From: Patescibacteria group bacterium UBA5738
Lineage (GTDB): Bacteria > Patescibacteriota > Minisyncoccia > Minisyncoccales > UBA5738
Assembly: GCA_002419295.1 (NCBI GenBank)
Contig: DIFW01000017.1
Span: 57,099-121,098 of the forward strand
Reading direction: 5' to 3'
DNA: 64,000 bases
Numbering within the stretch: the first letter of the stretch is position 1; the number at the start of each line of letters is the position of its first letter. Position numbers and translations under genes: made by a program. The notes under the pieces are model-generated. The model was not told where the DNA came from. It saw only the letters and a program-made list of their open reading frames with translations, and did no database searches. Shown one piece after another: positions 20,311 to 30,421 of the stretch.

Positions 20311-21789
20311 ATGACTTCCAAAACCAACTTAATAACTCGGCCGCCGGTGGTCGTAGTGATGGGCCATGTGGATCACGGTAAAACATCCATATTGGATTAT
20401 ATCCGCAAAACTCATATCGCCGATCGCGAATCCGGCGGCATCACCCAGCACATTGGCGCGTCGGTTGCCGAGTTTAAGGGCAAAACCATCACTTTCATCG
20501 ACACTCCCGGCCATGAGGCGTTTTCGCAAATGCGCGCGCGCGGCGCGAAAATCGCCGATATCGCGGTTTTGGTGGTTGCCGCCGAAGAAGGATGCAAACC
20601 TCAAACCAAGGAAGCGGCGGCGGCAATCAAAAAAGCCGGACTGCCCGTGATCGTGGCAATGAACAAAGCCGATTTGCCGCAAGCAAATATCGACAAAGTA
20701 AAACGCGATCTGGAAAAAGAAGATCTCTTGGTTGAAGATTGGGGCGGCAATGTGCCCGCCATCAGCGTTTCGGCAAAAACCGGCCAAGGAATCGATGAAT
20801 TGCTGGAAATGATTTTATTGGTGGCGGAAATGGAAAACTTCCAAGCCGATTTGAGCGCGGCGGCGGAAGGAATCGTTATTGAATCTTCTTTGGACCATCG
20901 CCGGGGGCCCAGCGCCGCGATTTTGCTTCAAAACGGCATCCTGAATTGCGGGCAGATCATCGGCACCGCTTCAACTTTCGGCAGAATAAAATCATTGGAA
21001 GATTTTTGCGGCAAAAAAACAAACCGCGTCGAGCCGTCTTTTCCGGCAGTGGCAACCGGTTTTGAATCCGTGCCGATCACCGGCGAACCCTTCCGCGCGT
21101 TCAATACCGTTCAGGAAGCGCAAGATTTTATAAAAAGCGCCGCGGCAAATCCCGCGGAAACGGCGGAAAATCAGGAAGGCCGCAAAATTTTCAAAATTAT
21201 CGTCAAAGCCGATGTTTTGGGAACATTGGAAGTTTTGCGGGAAACCATCGGCCAAATTCCGGCAACCGGCGATGTTTCCATCGAAATAATCGGTGGCGGC
21301 GCCGGAGAAATAAATCTAAACGATGTTAAAATGGCAAAGGGAGGCAATACCACAATCATCGGATTTAGAGTTAAAATCAATCCCGACGCCAAAGCGATGG
21401 CCGAACGGGAGAAAATCCGCGTGATGAATTTTGATGTTATCTACGAAATGATTGAATGGTTGCGCTTGTATATGGAAAAAATAAAAACGCCGCAAATCTC
21501 GCGCAAGGATTTGGGCAAATTGAAAGTTTTGTTGAGCTTTTGGGCCGATAAAAACCGGCAGATTGTGGGCGGGAAAATTGTTTCCGGAGAAGTGAAAAAA
21601 GGCGTGAAAATAGAAGTTTTCCGCAATGAAGAATCAATCGGGCAGGGCCGCTTGATCAATCTGCAAAAAAACAAGAAAGATATCGCCGCCGCCGGCAAGG
21701 GCGATGAAGTGGGGATTCTCTACGAAGGGCGGGAAAAAATCCAAGAGGGCGACCAATTGGTGTTCTATATTCATGAAAAAAACCTCTAA
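20311..21789 (+). CDS. infB: Translation initiation factor IF-2 (short form)
   Basis: G-domain [19 protein letters not shown]...DTPGHEAF...NKADL, followed by IF-2 domains. Start trimmed to MTSKTN. Confidence 0.9.
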   Translation: MTSKTNLITRPPVVVVMGHVDHGKTSILDYIRKTHIADRESGGITQHIGASVAEFKGKTITFIDTPGHEAFSQMRARGAKIADIAVLVVAAEEGCKPQTKEAAAAIKKAGLPVIVAMNKADLPQANIDKVKRDLEKEDLLVEDWGGNVPAISVSAKTGQGIDELLEMILLVAEMENFQADLSAAAEGIVIESSLDHRRGPSAAILLQNGILNCGQIIGTASTFGRIKSLEDFCGKKTNRVEPSFPAVATGFESVPITGEPFRAFNTVQEAQDFIKSAAANPAETAENQEGRKIFKIIVKADVLGTLEVLRETIGQIPATGDVSIEIIGGGAGEINLNDVKMAKGGNTTIIGFRVKINPDAKAMAEREKIRVMNFDVIYEMIEWLRLYMEKIKTPQISRKDLGKLKVLLSFWADKNRQIVGGKIVSGEVKKGVKIEVFRNEESIGQGRLINLQKNKKDIAAAGKGDEVGILYEGREKIQEGDQLVFYIHEKNL

Positions 21790-21790
21790 T

Positions 21791-22132
21791 ATGTCCGAGC
21801 ACCGGATTGAAAAAATAGAATCGCTTCTGCGCCAAATTTTGGCCGAAATGCTCCAGCGGGAATTCATCCCTCCCGCAGGCGCGATCGTATCGCTCACGCA
21901 AGTGTCCGCCAGCGGCAATCTTCAAGAAGCCAAAGTTTATATCAGCATCATCCCCGACTCCGCCGCCGAACCGGTTTTCCGACGGTTGGCGCGCGGCGTT
22001 CGCTTTTTCCAAAGCGCCGTCAACAAAAAATTAAAAATGCGCCCGGTGCCAAAAATCATATTTGTCCTTGACCAGCAAGGCCGGCAAGCGCAAAATGTGG
22101 AAACCATCCTGGAACAATTGAAAAAAAACTGA
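21791..22132 (+). CDS. rbfA: Ribosome-binding factor A
   Basis: MSEHRIEKIESLLRQILAEMLQREF...GAIVSLTQVSASGNLQEAKVYISI is an RbfA pattern. Starts immediately after the infB stop. Confidence 0.8.
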   Translation: MSEHRIEKIESLLRQILAEMLQREFIPPAGAIVSLTQVSASGNLQEAKVYISIIPDSAAEPVFRRLARGVRFFQSAVNKKLKMRPVPKIIFVLDQQGRQAQNVETILEQLKKN

Positions 22133-22187
22133 TTTTGTATTAAATTCTACTCATCCCTCGCCGCTCATTGCTCATCAACTATCCCAT

Positions 22188-22263
22188 GGCCAGGTAGCCA
22201 AGCAGTAAGGCAACGGTCTGCAAAACCGTTATGCATGGGTGCAATTCCCATCCTGGCCTCCAA
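22188..22263 (+). tRNA. tRNA-Cys (anticodon GCA)
   Basis: GGCCAGGTAGCCAAG..., anticodon stem ACGGT/ACCGT, loop CTGCAAA, T-loop TGCAATTCC, 3' TCCA. Confidence 0.85.
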
Positions 22264-22357
22264 CAAATTTAAAATTGTAAAATCAAAATTCCGCAAGGAA
22301 TTTTGCCTTAATTTTTAATTTTGATTTTTAAACTTTAAACTTTCACGCGCCCGGGTG

Positions 22358-22434
22358 GTGGAATCGGCATACACGAGGGACTTAAAATCCCTTGGGAGCA
22401 ATCTCGTGTGGGTTCAAGTCCCACCCCGGGCACC
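22358..22434 (+). tRNA. tRNA-Leu (anticodon TAA), long variable arm
   Basis: GCCCGGGTGGTGGAATCGGCATACAC, anticodon stem AGGGA/TCCCT, loop CTTAAAA, T-arm GGG-TTCAAGT-CCC, 3' ACCA. Confidence 0.85.
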
Positions 22435-22535
22435 AACGAATAACTAAACTTAAAGACTAGCGAATCAATAATTGCCATTACCAAAAAACCGCCCCTCGCA
22501 TACGCTCGGGACGGTTTTTTGTTCGATATTAAATT

Positions 22536-23114
22536 TTACTTTTCCAAAACTTCCACATAGGCGTATTTCACGCCGAAGTTTTTCGCTTGCTCATAGGTGG
22601 GGAACCAAATGTCAAAATGGTAGCCGCCCTTTCTTTGGTGCATCCTGTCTTGGACCGAAAACACTTTGTCCCCGAATAATTCAGGAATCCGGATTTCGGT
22701 ACCAAAGGGCAAGCCGTTGTTGGCCACAATGCCATCACGGACATAAGTGCCGTTGGCAGTGATAAACGGCGTGCTGTCGGTCTGTTCCGCAGTACTGGAA
22801 TAGGCGGTTAAAACCACCCTCATCCGGCGCGTTGCCTCCTTGTCCGCCGCCAAATCATTGTTTTTGGAGCAAACATTCGCCGGAGTTTTAATTTCCAAAA
22901 ATACCGCCCGGGAAATCATCTTGCCGCAAAATTTAAATTCCTCGGCATTCCCATAGGCCACAATCTCCTGAACCGGAGCGTCCGGCGGCGAAAACAAGCT
23001 CTCTTGCGCCTCCACGCCGCTGAAACGAAGACCCAGCCACAAACCGTAAACGGCACCCAAAATGAAAACGAGCAAGCTTCGGCTTAAAACCGGCAAAACA
23101 AAACGGATACTCAT
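22536..23114 (-). CDS. 3D-domain protein (MltA/YuiC-like putative cell-wall hydrolase), N-terminal membrane anchor
   Basis: 192 aa. C-terminal VLTAYSSTAEQTDSTPFITANGTYVRDGIVAN...HFDIWF matches a 3D-domain pattern with conserved Asp residues. Confidence 0.55.
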   Translation of the reverse strand: MSIRFVLPVLSRSLLVFILGAVYGLWLGLRFSGVEAQESLFSPPDAPVQEIVAYGNAEEFKFCGKMISRAVFLEIKTPANVCSKNNDLAADKEATRRMRVVLTAYSSTAEQTDSTPFITANGTYVRDGIVANNGLPFGTEIRIPELFGDKVFSVQDRMHQRKGGYHFDIWFPTYEQAKNFGVKYAYVEVLEK

Positions 23115-23367
23115 AATTTATTCGGTCATAGATGCCTTTCTATACCGCGGTTAGGGTTTAAATCCTCCTCGCGTTCATATTGATTCAAAATGAACGCCAA
23201 ACCCGCCTTATTCATCGCGACGCCATCAATTCTATTCTAAAACCAAGAATTTGTCAATACCCGCGCAAGCTCAAAAGTGCCAAAAACATTGACATTTTAA
23301 ATTTGACAAAATTTAAAAAAAGACGCTAAAAAATGCCAATTCGCATCGCCGGGGCGCGAACAAGCCG

Positions 23368-24687
23368 CTAATCCGGCCAATAAACTGCGGCTAACGATTG
23401 CAAAACAACGCTTTTGTCGCTCCACGGCAGTTTTTTGCCGCCGGCCACGCACATTGATTCCTCGCACCCCTTGCCGGTGATAATCACTCTGTCGCCGGAT
23501 TCGGCGGATTTTATCGCTTGATTGATCGCTTCTCGGCGATCAATGATTTTTTTAACGCCGGTATCGTTGCCGGCGATTTCATTGATAATTTTCAACGGAT
23601 CTTCATCATAGGGGTCTTCATTGGTAACAAAAACCAAATTACAGTATTTTTTAGCCAACCCTCCCATAACCGGCCGCTTCCACTTGTCCCGGCCGCCGCC
23701 GCAAGCCCCCAACACGCAAATCAATTTTCCCTTAAAATCGGATTTCATCGTTTGGTAGGCCTTTTCCAGCGAATCGGGTGTCACGGCGTAATCCACAAAA
23801 ACTTCAAACGGGTCAACGGACATTCTCTCCATTCTCCCGGGAATCGTTTCGATTTTTACCAACGCATCCCTGCAGACTTTCAGAGAAATATTTTGTGAAC
23901 GGGCGACACAGATCGCGGCCAACGCGTTGTAAATATTAAATTTTCCGGGCAATCGCAAATTAAAACGGCAACCGGTAGCTTCAAAGGAAGAACCGGCGGA
24001 AGAAACCGCCAAATGACGCGCGAAAATATGGCCGCGATCATCATCCGGACGGTCGTCCGCGGCAATCCCGTAAACATATTTTTCGCGCGCGAAAAATCCG
24101 GAGAAAAAACCATAATTGGCGTCATCGGCGTTTAAAATATGGATTTGGCGGCACGACGCGAAGAGATTGCCCTTGGCGCCGCGATATTTTTCAAAGCCGC
24201 CATGCGATTCAATGTGCTCAAGGGAAACATTGGTGATAACCGCGGCCGTAAAATCAATAAATCGGTGCCGGTACTGCTTAATCCCTTCGGAACTCACCTC
24301 AACCACCGCATATTGGCATCCGCTATTCGCGGCATCGCGCAAAAATTTTTGCAACGCGAATCTGCCGGGCATGGTCATTCTTGACTGATTCTTCCATGCC
24401 TTGCCGCCAACCCTGAATTCAATCGAAGAAGAAAGCGCGGGGTTTTTCCCCGCCTCCGACAAAATCCGCGCGATCATCATTGCGGTGGTGGATTTGCCGT
24501 TGGTGCCGGTCACGCCGATAACTTTCAATTTGCGTGAAGGAAACCGGTAAAAAATCGCGGCGGCGAACGCCAACAAAAAGTGGTAGCCGCCGACAATAAA
24601 TCCGGGCATTATTTTTTTAGCCGCCGTTTTGATCCGATTTAGAATCGCCATATCGCCAATTATAGCCAAAACGCTTGCAAAAATCAA
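23368..24687 (-). CDS. Mur ligase family protein (MurE-like)
   Basis: 439 aa. Walker A GVTGTNGKSTTAMM, central domain, DYAVTPDSL (like the Mur ligase DYAHTPD block) and a C-terminal domain. Confidence 0.6.
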   Translation of the reverse strand: MIFASVLAIIGDMAILNRIKTAAKKIMPGFIVGGYHFLLAFAAAIFYRFPSRKLKVIGVTGTNGKSTTAMMIARILSEAGKNPALSSSIEFRVGGKAWKNQSRMTMPGRFALQKFLRDAANSGCQYAVVEVSSEGIKQYRHRFIDFTAAVITNVSLEHIESHGGFEKYRGAKGNLFASCRQIHILNADDANYGFFSGFFAREKYVYGIAADDRPDDDRGHIFARHLAVSSAGSSFEATGCRFNLRLPGKFNIYNALAAICVARSQNISLKVCRDALVKIETIPGRMERMSVDPFEVFVDYAVTPDSLEKAYQTMKSDFKGKLICVLGACGGGRDKWKRPVMGGLAKKYCNLVFVTNEDPYDEDPLKIINEIAGNDTGVKKIIDRREAINQAIKSAESGDRVIITGKGCEESMCVAGGKKLPWSDKSVVLQSLAAVYWPD

Positions 24688-24780
24688 AAATTATGATATA
24701 GTTTGCTTTGTCGGTCTTTAATTTTCCGATATTCCCGTTCTTGGCGGGATGCGCCCGGGCGCATAATTTTAACGCAAAAT

Positions 24781-25044
24781 ATGCCAATCATAAAGTCAGC
24801 AAAAAAAGCCCTGCGGCAAAATGTGGCGCGGCGCAAAAAAAACAAAGCGTGCAAACAAAAAATCAAATCGCTGGTAAAAGACGCGCGCACGGCGATTGGC
24901 GGCAAAAACGCTTCAGAGGCGCAAAAAAATTTGCCGGCCATCTACAAAGCATTGGACAAAGCCGCTAAAACCGGAGTCATCAAAAAAAACACAGCGGCAA
25001 GAAAAAAATCGCGCATTACCAAACTAATTAAAAAACTCTCCTAA
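24781..25044 (+). CDS. rpsT: 30S ribosomal protein S20
   Basis: MPIIKSAKKALRQNVARRKKNKACKQKIKSL... is a canonical S20 N-terminus. Start trimmed from the track ORF. Confidence 0.85.
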   Translation: MPIIKSAKKALRQNVARRKKNKACKQKIKSLVKDARTAIGGKNASEAQKNLPAIYKALDKAAKTGVIKKNTAARKKSRITKLIKKLS

Positions 25045-25057
25045 CAACGAGAGTTTT

Positions 25058-25972
25058 TTATAAGGCCGCGACCAACAAATCCAGACCGGCGAGAGCGTCT
25101 ATCTTTCCGGTTTTGATGTCAAAATCGGCTTGGCGAATCAAAAAATAATCTTTCTTTAAGCGCGCCGCTTCAAAGCGGCGCGCTTGCGCGACGGTTTTGG
25201 CAAAAACATAAGGGTGCATTCCCAATCGCCGCGCTCCCGCGGCGGAAAAATTTTTGACCAAAAGCAAATTCTTGAATTGTCCGGCGATCATCGCCAGAAG
25301 ATAAAGAGGATGATCGCCGCGGGCGATGTGGCGCCGGATCATTGCGATCGCCTCTTTTTTGTTTTGTCCGGCCAGCGCGTCAACGGTTTGAAAAATGTTA
25401 TTTTCAAAAACCGCGGAAATGTTTTTTTCAATATCGGCGGAAGTAATTTTGCGGCCGGCGGCAAAATTGACCAATTTCCTTATTTCATTGGCAACAAGCC
25501 AAAGATCGTTCCCCAACCGGCGGGCCAAAAGCGGCGCGATGCCGGCGCTTTCCGGACGGCCCAAGGCGGCAAGCTCCGCCGCAATCCACTGCTCCAGATC
25601 CGCACCACCCAAAGGAATAAATTCTTGGACTTGTCCGGCCTTGGAAAGCGCTTTCAGAAAGCGATCCGCTTTCAAAACCTTGCCCTTTTGGCAAAATAAA
25701 ATGTTATTGGGTGAAGCCGAAATTTCACCAATCCTGCCAATAATCGCCTCTTTAAATTCTTTGCTTGCAATTGGATTTTTGACAATGAAAAATTTTTTGG
25801 CGGCAAAAAGCGACGGTTGGAAAAAAGCGCGGAAAAAATCATGCGCGGAAATATCTTCCGCGTCAAAGACCGCAAAGTCCGATCCCTTTGACCGGTTTTT
25901 GTATTCGGAAACTATTTGTTTCATTTTCCGGCCAAGCCGGAGAGTGTCGGCGCCGTAAAGAAAAATCAGCAT
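25058..25972 (-). CDS. holA: DNA polymerase III delta subunit
   Basis: 304 aa. MLIFLYGADTLRL..., the AAA+ lid-like fold of HolA. Position beside the rpsT region is typical. Confidence 0.75.
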   Translation of the reverse strand: MLIFLYGADTLRLGRKMKQIVSEYKNRSKGSDFAVFDAEDISAHDFFRAFFQPSLFAAKKFFIVKNPIASKEFKEAIIGRIGEISASPNNILFCQKGKVLKADRFLKALSKAGQVQEFIPLGGADLEQWIAAELAALGRPESAGIAPLLARRLGNDLWLVANEIRKLVNFAAGRKITSADIEKNISAVFENNIFQTVDALAGQNKKEAIAMIRRHIARGDHPLYLLAMIAGQFKNLLLVKNFSAAGARRLGMHPYVFAKTVAQARRFEAARLKKDYFLIRQADFDIKTGKIDALAGLDLLVAAL

Positions 25973-25982
25973 CGTGTCCCGA

Positions 25983-26351
25983 TTATTTGAGAATATTCCT
26001 CACTTTTTCGATAATCTCGCCGGGAGTAAAGTGCGCCTTAATCAAGTAATCCACGGCCCCCAAGCTTAATCCCTTGTCCACATCTTCTTTCTGTCCCAAA
26101 TTTGACAGGATGACTACCGGAATTGACGCGGTGAACGGATCTTCTCTTTTTTGAGTTAGAACTTCAAATCCGTCGATGCCGGGCAAAATCAAATCCAAAA
26201 GCACCAATTCGGGATGGCCTTCTTTTATCTGGAGCAACCCTTGCTCCCCGTCAACCGCCTCCAACACATCATAGCCTTCGTTTGACAATTTTTTGACGAT
26301 CAATTCCCGCAGAAATTTATCGTCTTCCACAATAAGAATTTTTCTTGGCAT
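25983..26351 (-). CDS. Single-domain response regulator (CheY-like receiver only)
   Basis: KILIVEDDKFLREL...VLLDLILPGIDGFEVL...VVILSNLGQKED...GAVDYLIKA is a receiver domain with no output domain. Start at MPRKIL. Confidence 0.75.
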   Translation of the reverse strand: MPRKILIVEDDKFLRELIVKKLSNEGYDVLEAVDGEQGLLQIKEGHPELVLLDLILPGIDGFEVLTQKREDPFTASIPVVILSNLGQKEDVDKGLSLGAVDYLIKAHFTPGEIIEKVRNILK

Positions 26352-26367
26352 AGGTAATAAAAACAAA

Positions 26368-26736
26368 CTATTCCCCGATGTATTTTTGAATTTTATCAGC
26401 CACCTCTTTGGGATCAAACTCCGTCTTAACCAGCCAATCGGCCGCTCCCAGTTCTTTTGCTCTTTCCAGCTCAAGCGGCTGGCCGGAATTGGAAATGATG
26501 ATCACCGGTATTTTCGCGAGCTTTTCATCTTTTTTCATCTCCGCCATCACCTCAAACCCGCCCATGCGCGGCATCACGATATCAAGCAAAACCAAATCGG
26601 GCATATTCTCCCTCATTTTCTCAATTCCTTCCTGGCCGTTCATCGCCAACGCCACATCATAACCGGCGGCATCAAGCTTTTTGCTCAAAAGCTTGATGAT
26701 CAATTCCTCGTCTTCGATTAGTAAAATTTTTTTCAT
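26368..26736 (-). CDS. Single-domain response regulator (CheY-like receiver only)
   Basis: MKKILLIEDEELIIKLL...DLVLLDIVMPRMGGFEV...VIIISNSGQ...GAADWLVK. Start trimmed to MKKILL. Confidence 0.75.
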   Translation of the reverse strand: MKKILLIEDEELIIKLLSKKLDAAGYDVALAMNGQEGIEKMRENMPDLVLLDIVMPRMGGFEVMAEMKKDEKLAKIPVIIISNSGQPLELERAKELGAADWLVKTEFDPKEVADKIQKYIGE

Positions 26737-26779
26737 AGCCTTTTGTGATATTATAACCCTTGACGCAAAAAGAATCAAA

Positions 26780-28189
26780 TCAAGCCTCAATCAGCGGATC
26801 TGGGGCGGGCGGCAAAGTAAAAGAAAACGCGGTTCCTTCGTCTTTTTTGGAAACAAAGCCGATACTGCCGCCGTGGGTTTCCACAATATTCTTCGCGATA
26901 AAAAGCCCCAGCCCGGTACCTTCGGTTTCCGCTTTGATCGCGTTGGCTCCGCGAAAATATTTGGTAAAAACCCGATTTTGCTGCTCTTCGGGAATGCCTA
27001 TCCCGGTATCTTTCACCTCAAGAAAAACCATCCCCTCTTCTTCACCGAGAGTAACAAAAATATTGCCGCCGGCAGGCGTGTATTTCAACGCGTTTTCAAT
27101 TAGATTTGAAATCACCAGCTTGATTTTTTCAAGGTCCACTTTCACCGGAGGAATAATCGGCGAAATTTTCTCAAAATTTAATTTCAATTTCTTTTGCCGG
27201 GCGATATCTTCATAATTCGCCATTAAGCCGGCGACAACCTCTTCCATATCCGCAATCGTCAAAGTGTAAAGATGGCGGCCTTCTTCAATACGCGTCACAT
27301 TCAACAGATCATTGATCAAGTTGATCATCCTTTCGTTCGATTTGTATGTCTTGTCTAAAAATTCTTCCTGCTCTTCGTTGATCGGTCCCAAATCGCCGTC
27401 CAAAATCATCCGCAGTGTCCATTTAATCGCCGAAATCGGCGTGCGCAACTGGTGTGCGGCGATGGAAACAAATTCGGTTTTCATTTTTTCCACCATTTTT
27501 TCACGGCTGATATCATGCACGAGCAAAATCGTACCGATTTTTCCGGCGTGCCCGGCAACCTCCAAAACGCTTACTTCAAAAACATTTTTTTCATCCAAAA
27601 ATAATTCTTTGCGCGAGATATTCGCCAAGCCGTCGCCCATCAGCTTTCCCAGCAATTTAAGCTTGGGCGCGCGAAAACATTCGGCAATGCTTTGCCCGGT
27701 CATATTTTTGCTTTCTATGCGGGTAATGCCAAAAAAAGATTCCATTCGGGGATTAATCAGCGCCAACCGGTCGTGATGGTCAAAAAACATCAGTCCGTCC
27801 GCCAGAGCGGTGATTATCGCCAAAGTTTTTTCCTTTTCTTCTTCGGCCCGGCGGCGCAAATCTTCCATATCTTCAAGCATATTCATCAGCGCCATGCGGG
27901 AATTCTCCGATTCTTCCACTTTTTGCCGCAATTCTTGGGTGCGCGCCTTCACCTCCTCCTCCAACCCCGAAGCAAGGTCCCGCAACGCTTTTGTCTTCGC
28001 ATTGACTCTTATTTCTAAAATATTTTTGGCTTCTTCCAATTGAGATTTGACCTCGTTGAGTTCGCGAATTTCATCGGCGCGGGAAGGCAAAACCGGCTCC
28101 GATTCGTTGCCGGAACCTTTCGCGCCGCTTGGGAACACCGCCTTTTCGGGGCGCGGAATATTGTTTTTATCAATTAACGGCTGGTTCAT
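26780..28189 (-). CDS. Cytoplasmic sensor histidine kinase portion (coiled-coil, PAS-like, HisKA, HATPase)
   Basis: 469 aa. H-box AAHQLRTPISAIKW, N/G1/G2 ATPase boxes (LIENALKYT, DTGIGIP, GTGLGL). The N-terminus is a coiled coil with RTxEL repeats and no TM segment. Confidence 0.8.
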   Translation of the reverse strand: MNQPLIDKNNIPRPEKAVFPSGAKGSGNESEPVLPSRADEIRELNEVKSQLEEAKNILEIRVNAKTKALRDLASGLEEEVKARTQELRQKVEESENSRMALMNMLEDMEDLRRRAEEEKEKTLAIITALADGLMFFDHHDRLALINPRMESFFGITRIESKNMTGQSIAECFRAPKLKLLGKLMGDGLANISRKELFLDEKNVFEVSVLEVAGHAGKIGTILLVHDISREKMVEKMKTEFVSIAAHQLRTPISAIKWTLRMILDGDLGPINEEQEEFLDKTYKSNERMINLINDLLNVTRIEEGRHLYTLTIADMEEVVAGLMANYEDIARQKKLKLNFEKISPIIPPVKVDLEKIKLVISNLIENALKYTPAGGNIFVTLGEEEGMVFLEVKDTGIGIPEEQQNRVFTKYFRGANAIKAETEGTGLGLFIAKNIVETHGGSIGFVSKKDEGTAFSFTLPPAPDPLIEA

Positions 28190-29411
28190 TTTGTTTTTTT
28201 TCTTTAACCATTGCCGCTTGCAATCGCGCTATCTCTTGTTTTAATTCCATCATTTTCAGTTCGCGGCCAACGGTAATTTTTTGGAAAATTTCCAAATCTT
28301 TGATTTTCGATTCAAGGTCTTTGGTGCGCTCCGCCACCCTGTCTTCCAAAGTTCGATTCAATATCTCCAACTCTTTGGTGCGGGCGCTGACGCGCGCCTC
28401 CAAAGCCGCGTTCGCTTCTTCCAAATTGACTCTGGCATGCTCCAGCGCATGGGTTCTCTGCGCGACTTTTTGTTCCAGCGCTTCTTTTTCGCGATATTCT
28501 TGAACGGTGCTTTGCACCAAAACATAGCCAAAAACGCAAAAAAGGATAAAAAGCACGATTAAAAGCGCTTGTTGCCACAAAACCTCCACAAAAATAGGCA
28601 TCACCAATAAACTCGCGCCCATCAATCCCACAAAAACTTCCACCAAAATAATCTTGATGCCGTACAATTTATCCCTTATCGCCCGATAAATCGCATACCC
28701 CAGAAAAACGGCAATAATATAATCCGCAAAAATCGCAAAAAAACCGATGTATCCCCAAAATTCTCCGCGCGCCGCACCGATAATGTTAAACACCAGATTA
28801 AACAGCCCGAAAATCGCCGCCGGCAATAAAATTGCTTGAGCTTTTTGCCGATTTTGAAGATCGGCAAAACGGCGGTTGCGCGACAATTCTCGAAAAGATA
28901 ATGCCAGCGTCGCGGCGGCGGCAATCGCATATGGCCAAAAAAGAGGTCCGGCGGCAATCCATGAAGCAACTGAAAAATTTTTGTCGAAAAACGATTCGGC
29001 GGCAATCAAAGGAGTGAAGGACGCGGCGAAGAAAAACGACCAAACCGCAATGTTGATATTGTTTTTGCGCCGCTGTTTTTTATCAAGAGGATTGGCCGCG
29101 GGAAAATTCAAAACAAAAGAATAAAACGCGGCGAAAAAAATCGCCAGCAGGGCATATATCCCCCGGAATACCCACAACGATGCGGCGGAAGCGATTTCCA
29201 AAGGAAAAATCACTCCGGATTGCGCGCTCAAGAAATCAAAATCAATCCAAAGTAAGACATAAAAAACCCCCGCCAGAAACAACCGTCCGGAACGAGTGCG
29301 CCAATTGGCCGCGTATGCCCATAGAATTAATTGCAATCCCGCGACATTGACCAGAAAAAACAGCAACTTGCCGATCAGCGCGAAAATATTAATTATATTG
29401 ATAAAATCCAT
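28170..29411 (-). CDS. Polytopic membrane sensor module with C-terminal RTxEL coiled-coil, probably the N-terminal half of a split histidine kinase
   Basis: 413 aa with many TM helices, then ...AQRTHALEHA...SARTKELEIL...AERTKDLES.... The stop overlaps the kinase start by 20 nt, in another frame, at an A7 tract. Confidence 0.5.
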   Translation of the reverse strand: MDFINIINIFALIGKLLFFLVNVAGLQLILWAYAANWRTRSGRLFLAGVFYVLLWIDFDFLSAQSGVIFPLEIASAASLWVFRGIYALLAIFFAAFYSFVLNFPAANPLDKKQRRKNNINIAVWSFFFAASFTPLIAAESFFDKNFSVASWIAAGPLFWPYAIAAAATLALSFRELSRNRRFADLQNRQKAQAILLPAAIFGLFNLVFNIIGAARGEFWGYIGFFAIFADYIIAVFLGYAIYRAIRDKLYGIKIILVEVFVGLMGASLLVMPIFVEVLWQQALLIVLFILFCVFGYVLVQSTVQEYREKEALEQKVAQRTHALEHARVNLEEANAALEARVSARTKELEILNRTLEDRVAERTKDLESKIKDLEIFQKITVGRELKMMELKQEIARLQAAMVKEKKQNEPAVN

Positions 29412-29472
29412 CTTCGTTGAAGATATGCTTTTATAATATCATCAAACGCGTGCGGCGAAAAGAAACCATGGA

Positions 29473-30411
29473 TTAAAACAGCGTGCCGTTGCGTCCCGCG
29501 CCGTTTTGCGGCAAGCGCTTGGCAACGCCGGCGAGACCCAAATCCAAAAGCGCGGCGGCGGGCATTTTCCCCGCGAAATTTTTAAACGCGCATTTTTCCA
29601 CCACCGCGCCCACGGGCGCATCGGCAACCATCAGCGCCAATTTTTGAAATTGCAAAATTTTTCCCCGGTTTTGCACAAGAATTTCTTTGATTTTTTCTCC
29701 GCGAGCGCGGTTTCCGAAGCAGAAAGGCTCCCGAGATTCTCTAATTTCGACAAACGCGTTTTCCAAACTGCCGCATTGTTTCAAAATTTCAACCGCCGCC
29801 TTGGGACCGATCCCCGGGGCTCCGGGAATATTGTCCGAAGCATCCCCCGCCAGCGCTTTTAACGCCGGAATTTGCGCGGGCGCAACACCAAAGAATTCTT
29901 TCACCTTTGCCGCATCGTACATTACCGCGTTTTTTATGCCGCGGTTGACAATAAACGCTTTCACATTTTCACCCACCAATTGCAAACTATCGTAATCTCC
30001 GGTGAGAATATAAAAATCAATCGGTTCTTTTTCAGATTCCTTTTGCGCCGCCGCGATCACCGAGGCGATCAAATCATCGGCTTCAAATCCGGCAACAGCA
30101 AACGCCGCGATTCCCAAATCCGGCAACAAATTTTGAATGATCTTCAATTGCGACACCAAATCGGGCGCGGTTGCCGGCCGCTGGGCCTTATAGCCGGCAA
30201 ATTCTTTGTTGCGGAATGTTCCGCCTTTGGTGTCAAAACAAACCGCGAGATAAGCGGGAGAAAAATCCTCCACCGCGCGCAGAAGCGCCAGCATAAATCC
30301 ATGCGCCGCGCCCACCGCCTGCCCCTTTTTATTGGTCAGCGGCGGCATCGCGTGAAACGCGCGGTGCGCCACGGAATTCCCGTCGATGACCACAAATGTC
30401 TTGTTTTTCAT
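29473..30411 (-). CDS. Stand-alone 5'-3' exonuclease (FEN-like, Pol I N-terminal domain homolog)
   Basis: MKNKTFVVIDGNSVAHRAFHAMPPL...FDTKGGTFRNKEF..YKAQRP is the 5' nuclease signature. Start trimmed to avoid overlap with tsaE. Confidence 0.75.
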   Translation of the reverse strand: MKNKTFVVIDGNSVAHRAFHAMPPLTNKKGQAVGAAHGFMLALLRAVEDFSPAYLAVCFDTKGGTFRNKEFAGYKAQRPATAPDLVSQLKIIQNLLPDLGIAAFAVAGFEADDLIASVIAAAQKESEKEPIDFYILTGDYDSLQLVGENVKAFIVNRGIKNAVMYDAAKVKEFFGVAPAQIPALKALAGDASDNIPGAPGIGPKAAVEILKQCGSLENAFVEIRESREPFCFGNRARGEKIKEILVQNRGKILQFQKLALMVADAPVGAVVEKCAFKNFAGKMPAAALLDLGLAGVAKRLPQNGAGRNGTLF

Positions 30412-30421
30412 TGCTTTAATT

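Noticed and set aside
22285-22333. 12-bp inverted repeat (aaaatcaaaatt / aattttgatttt) between tRNA-Cys and tRNA-Leu
   Set aside because: It is short and AT-only. It is most simply a processing or terminator hairpin in the tRNA spacer and not a distinct element.
23115-23367. Possible tRNA-like T-loop (ggtttaaatcc) in the 3D-domain/Mur-ligase intergenic region
   Set aside because: No complementary T-stem or acceptor stem could be built on either strand.
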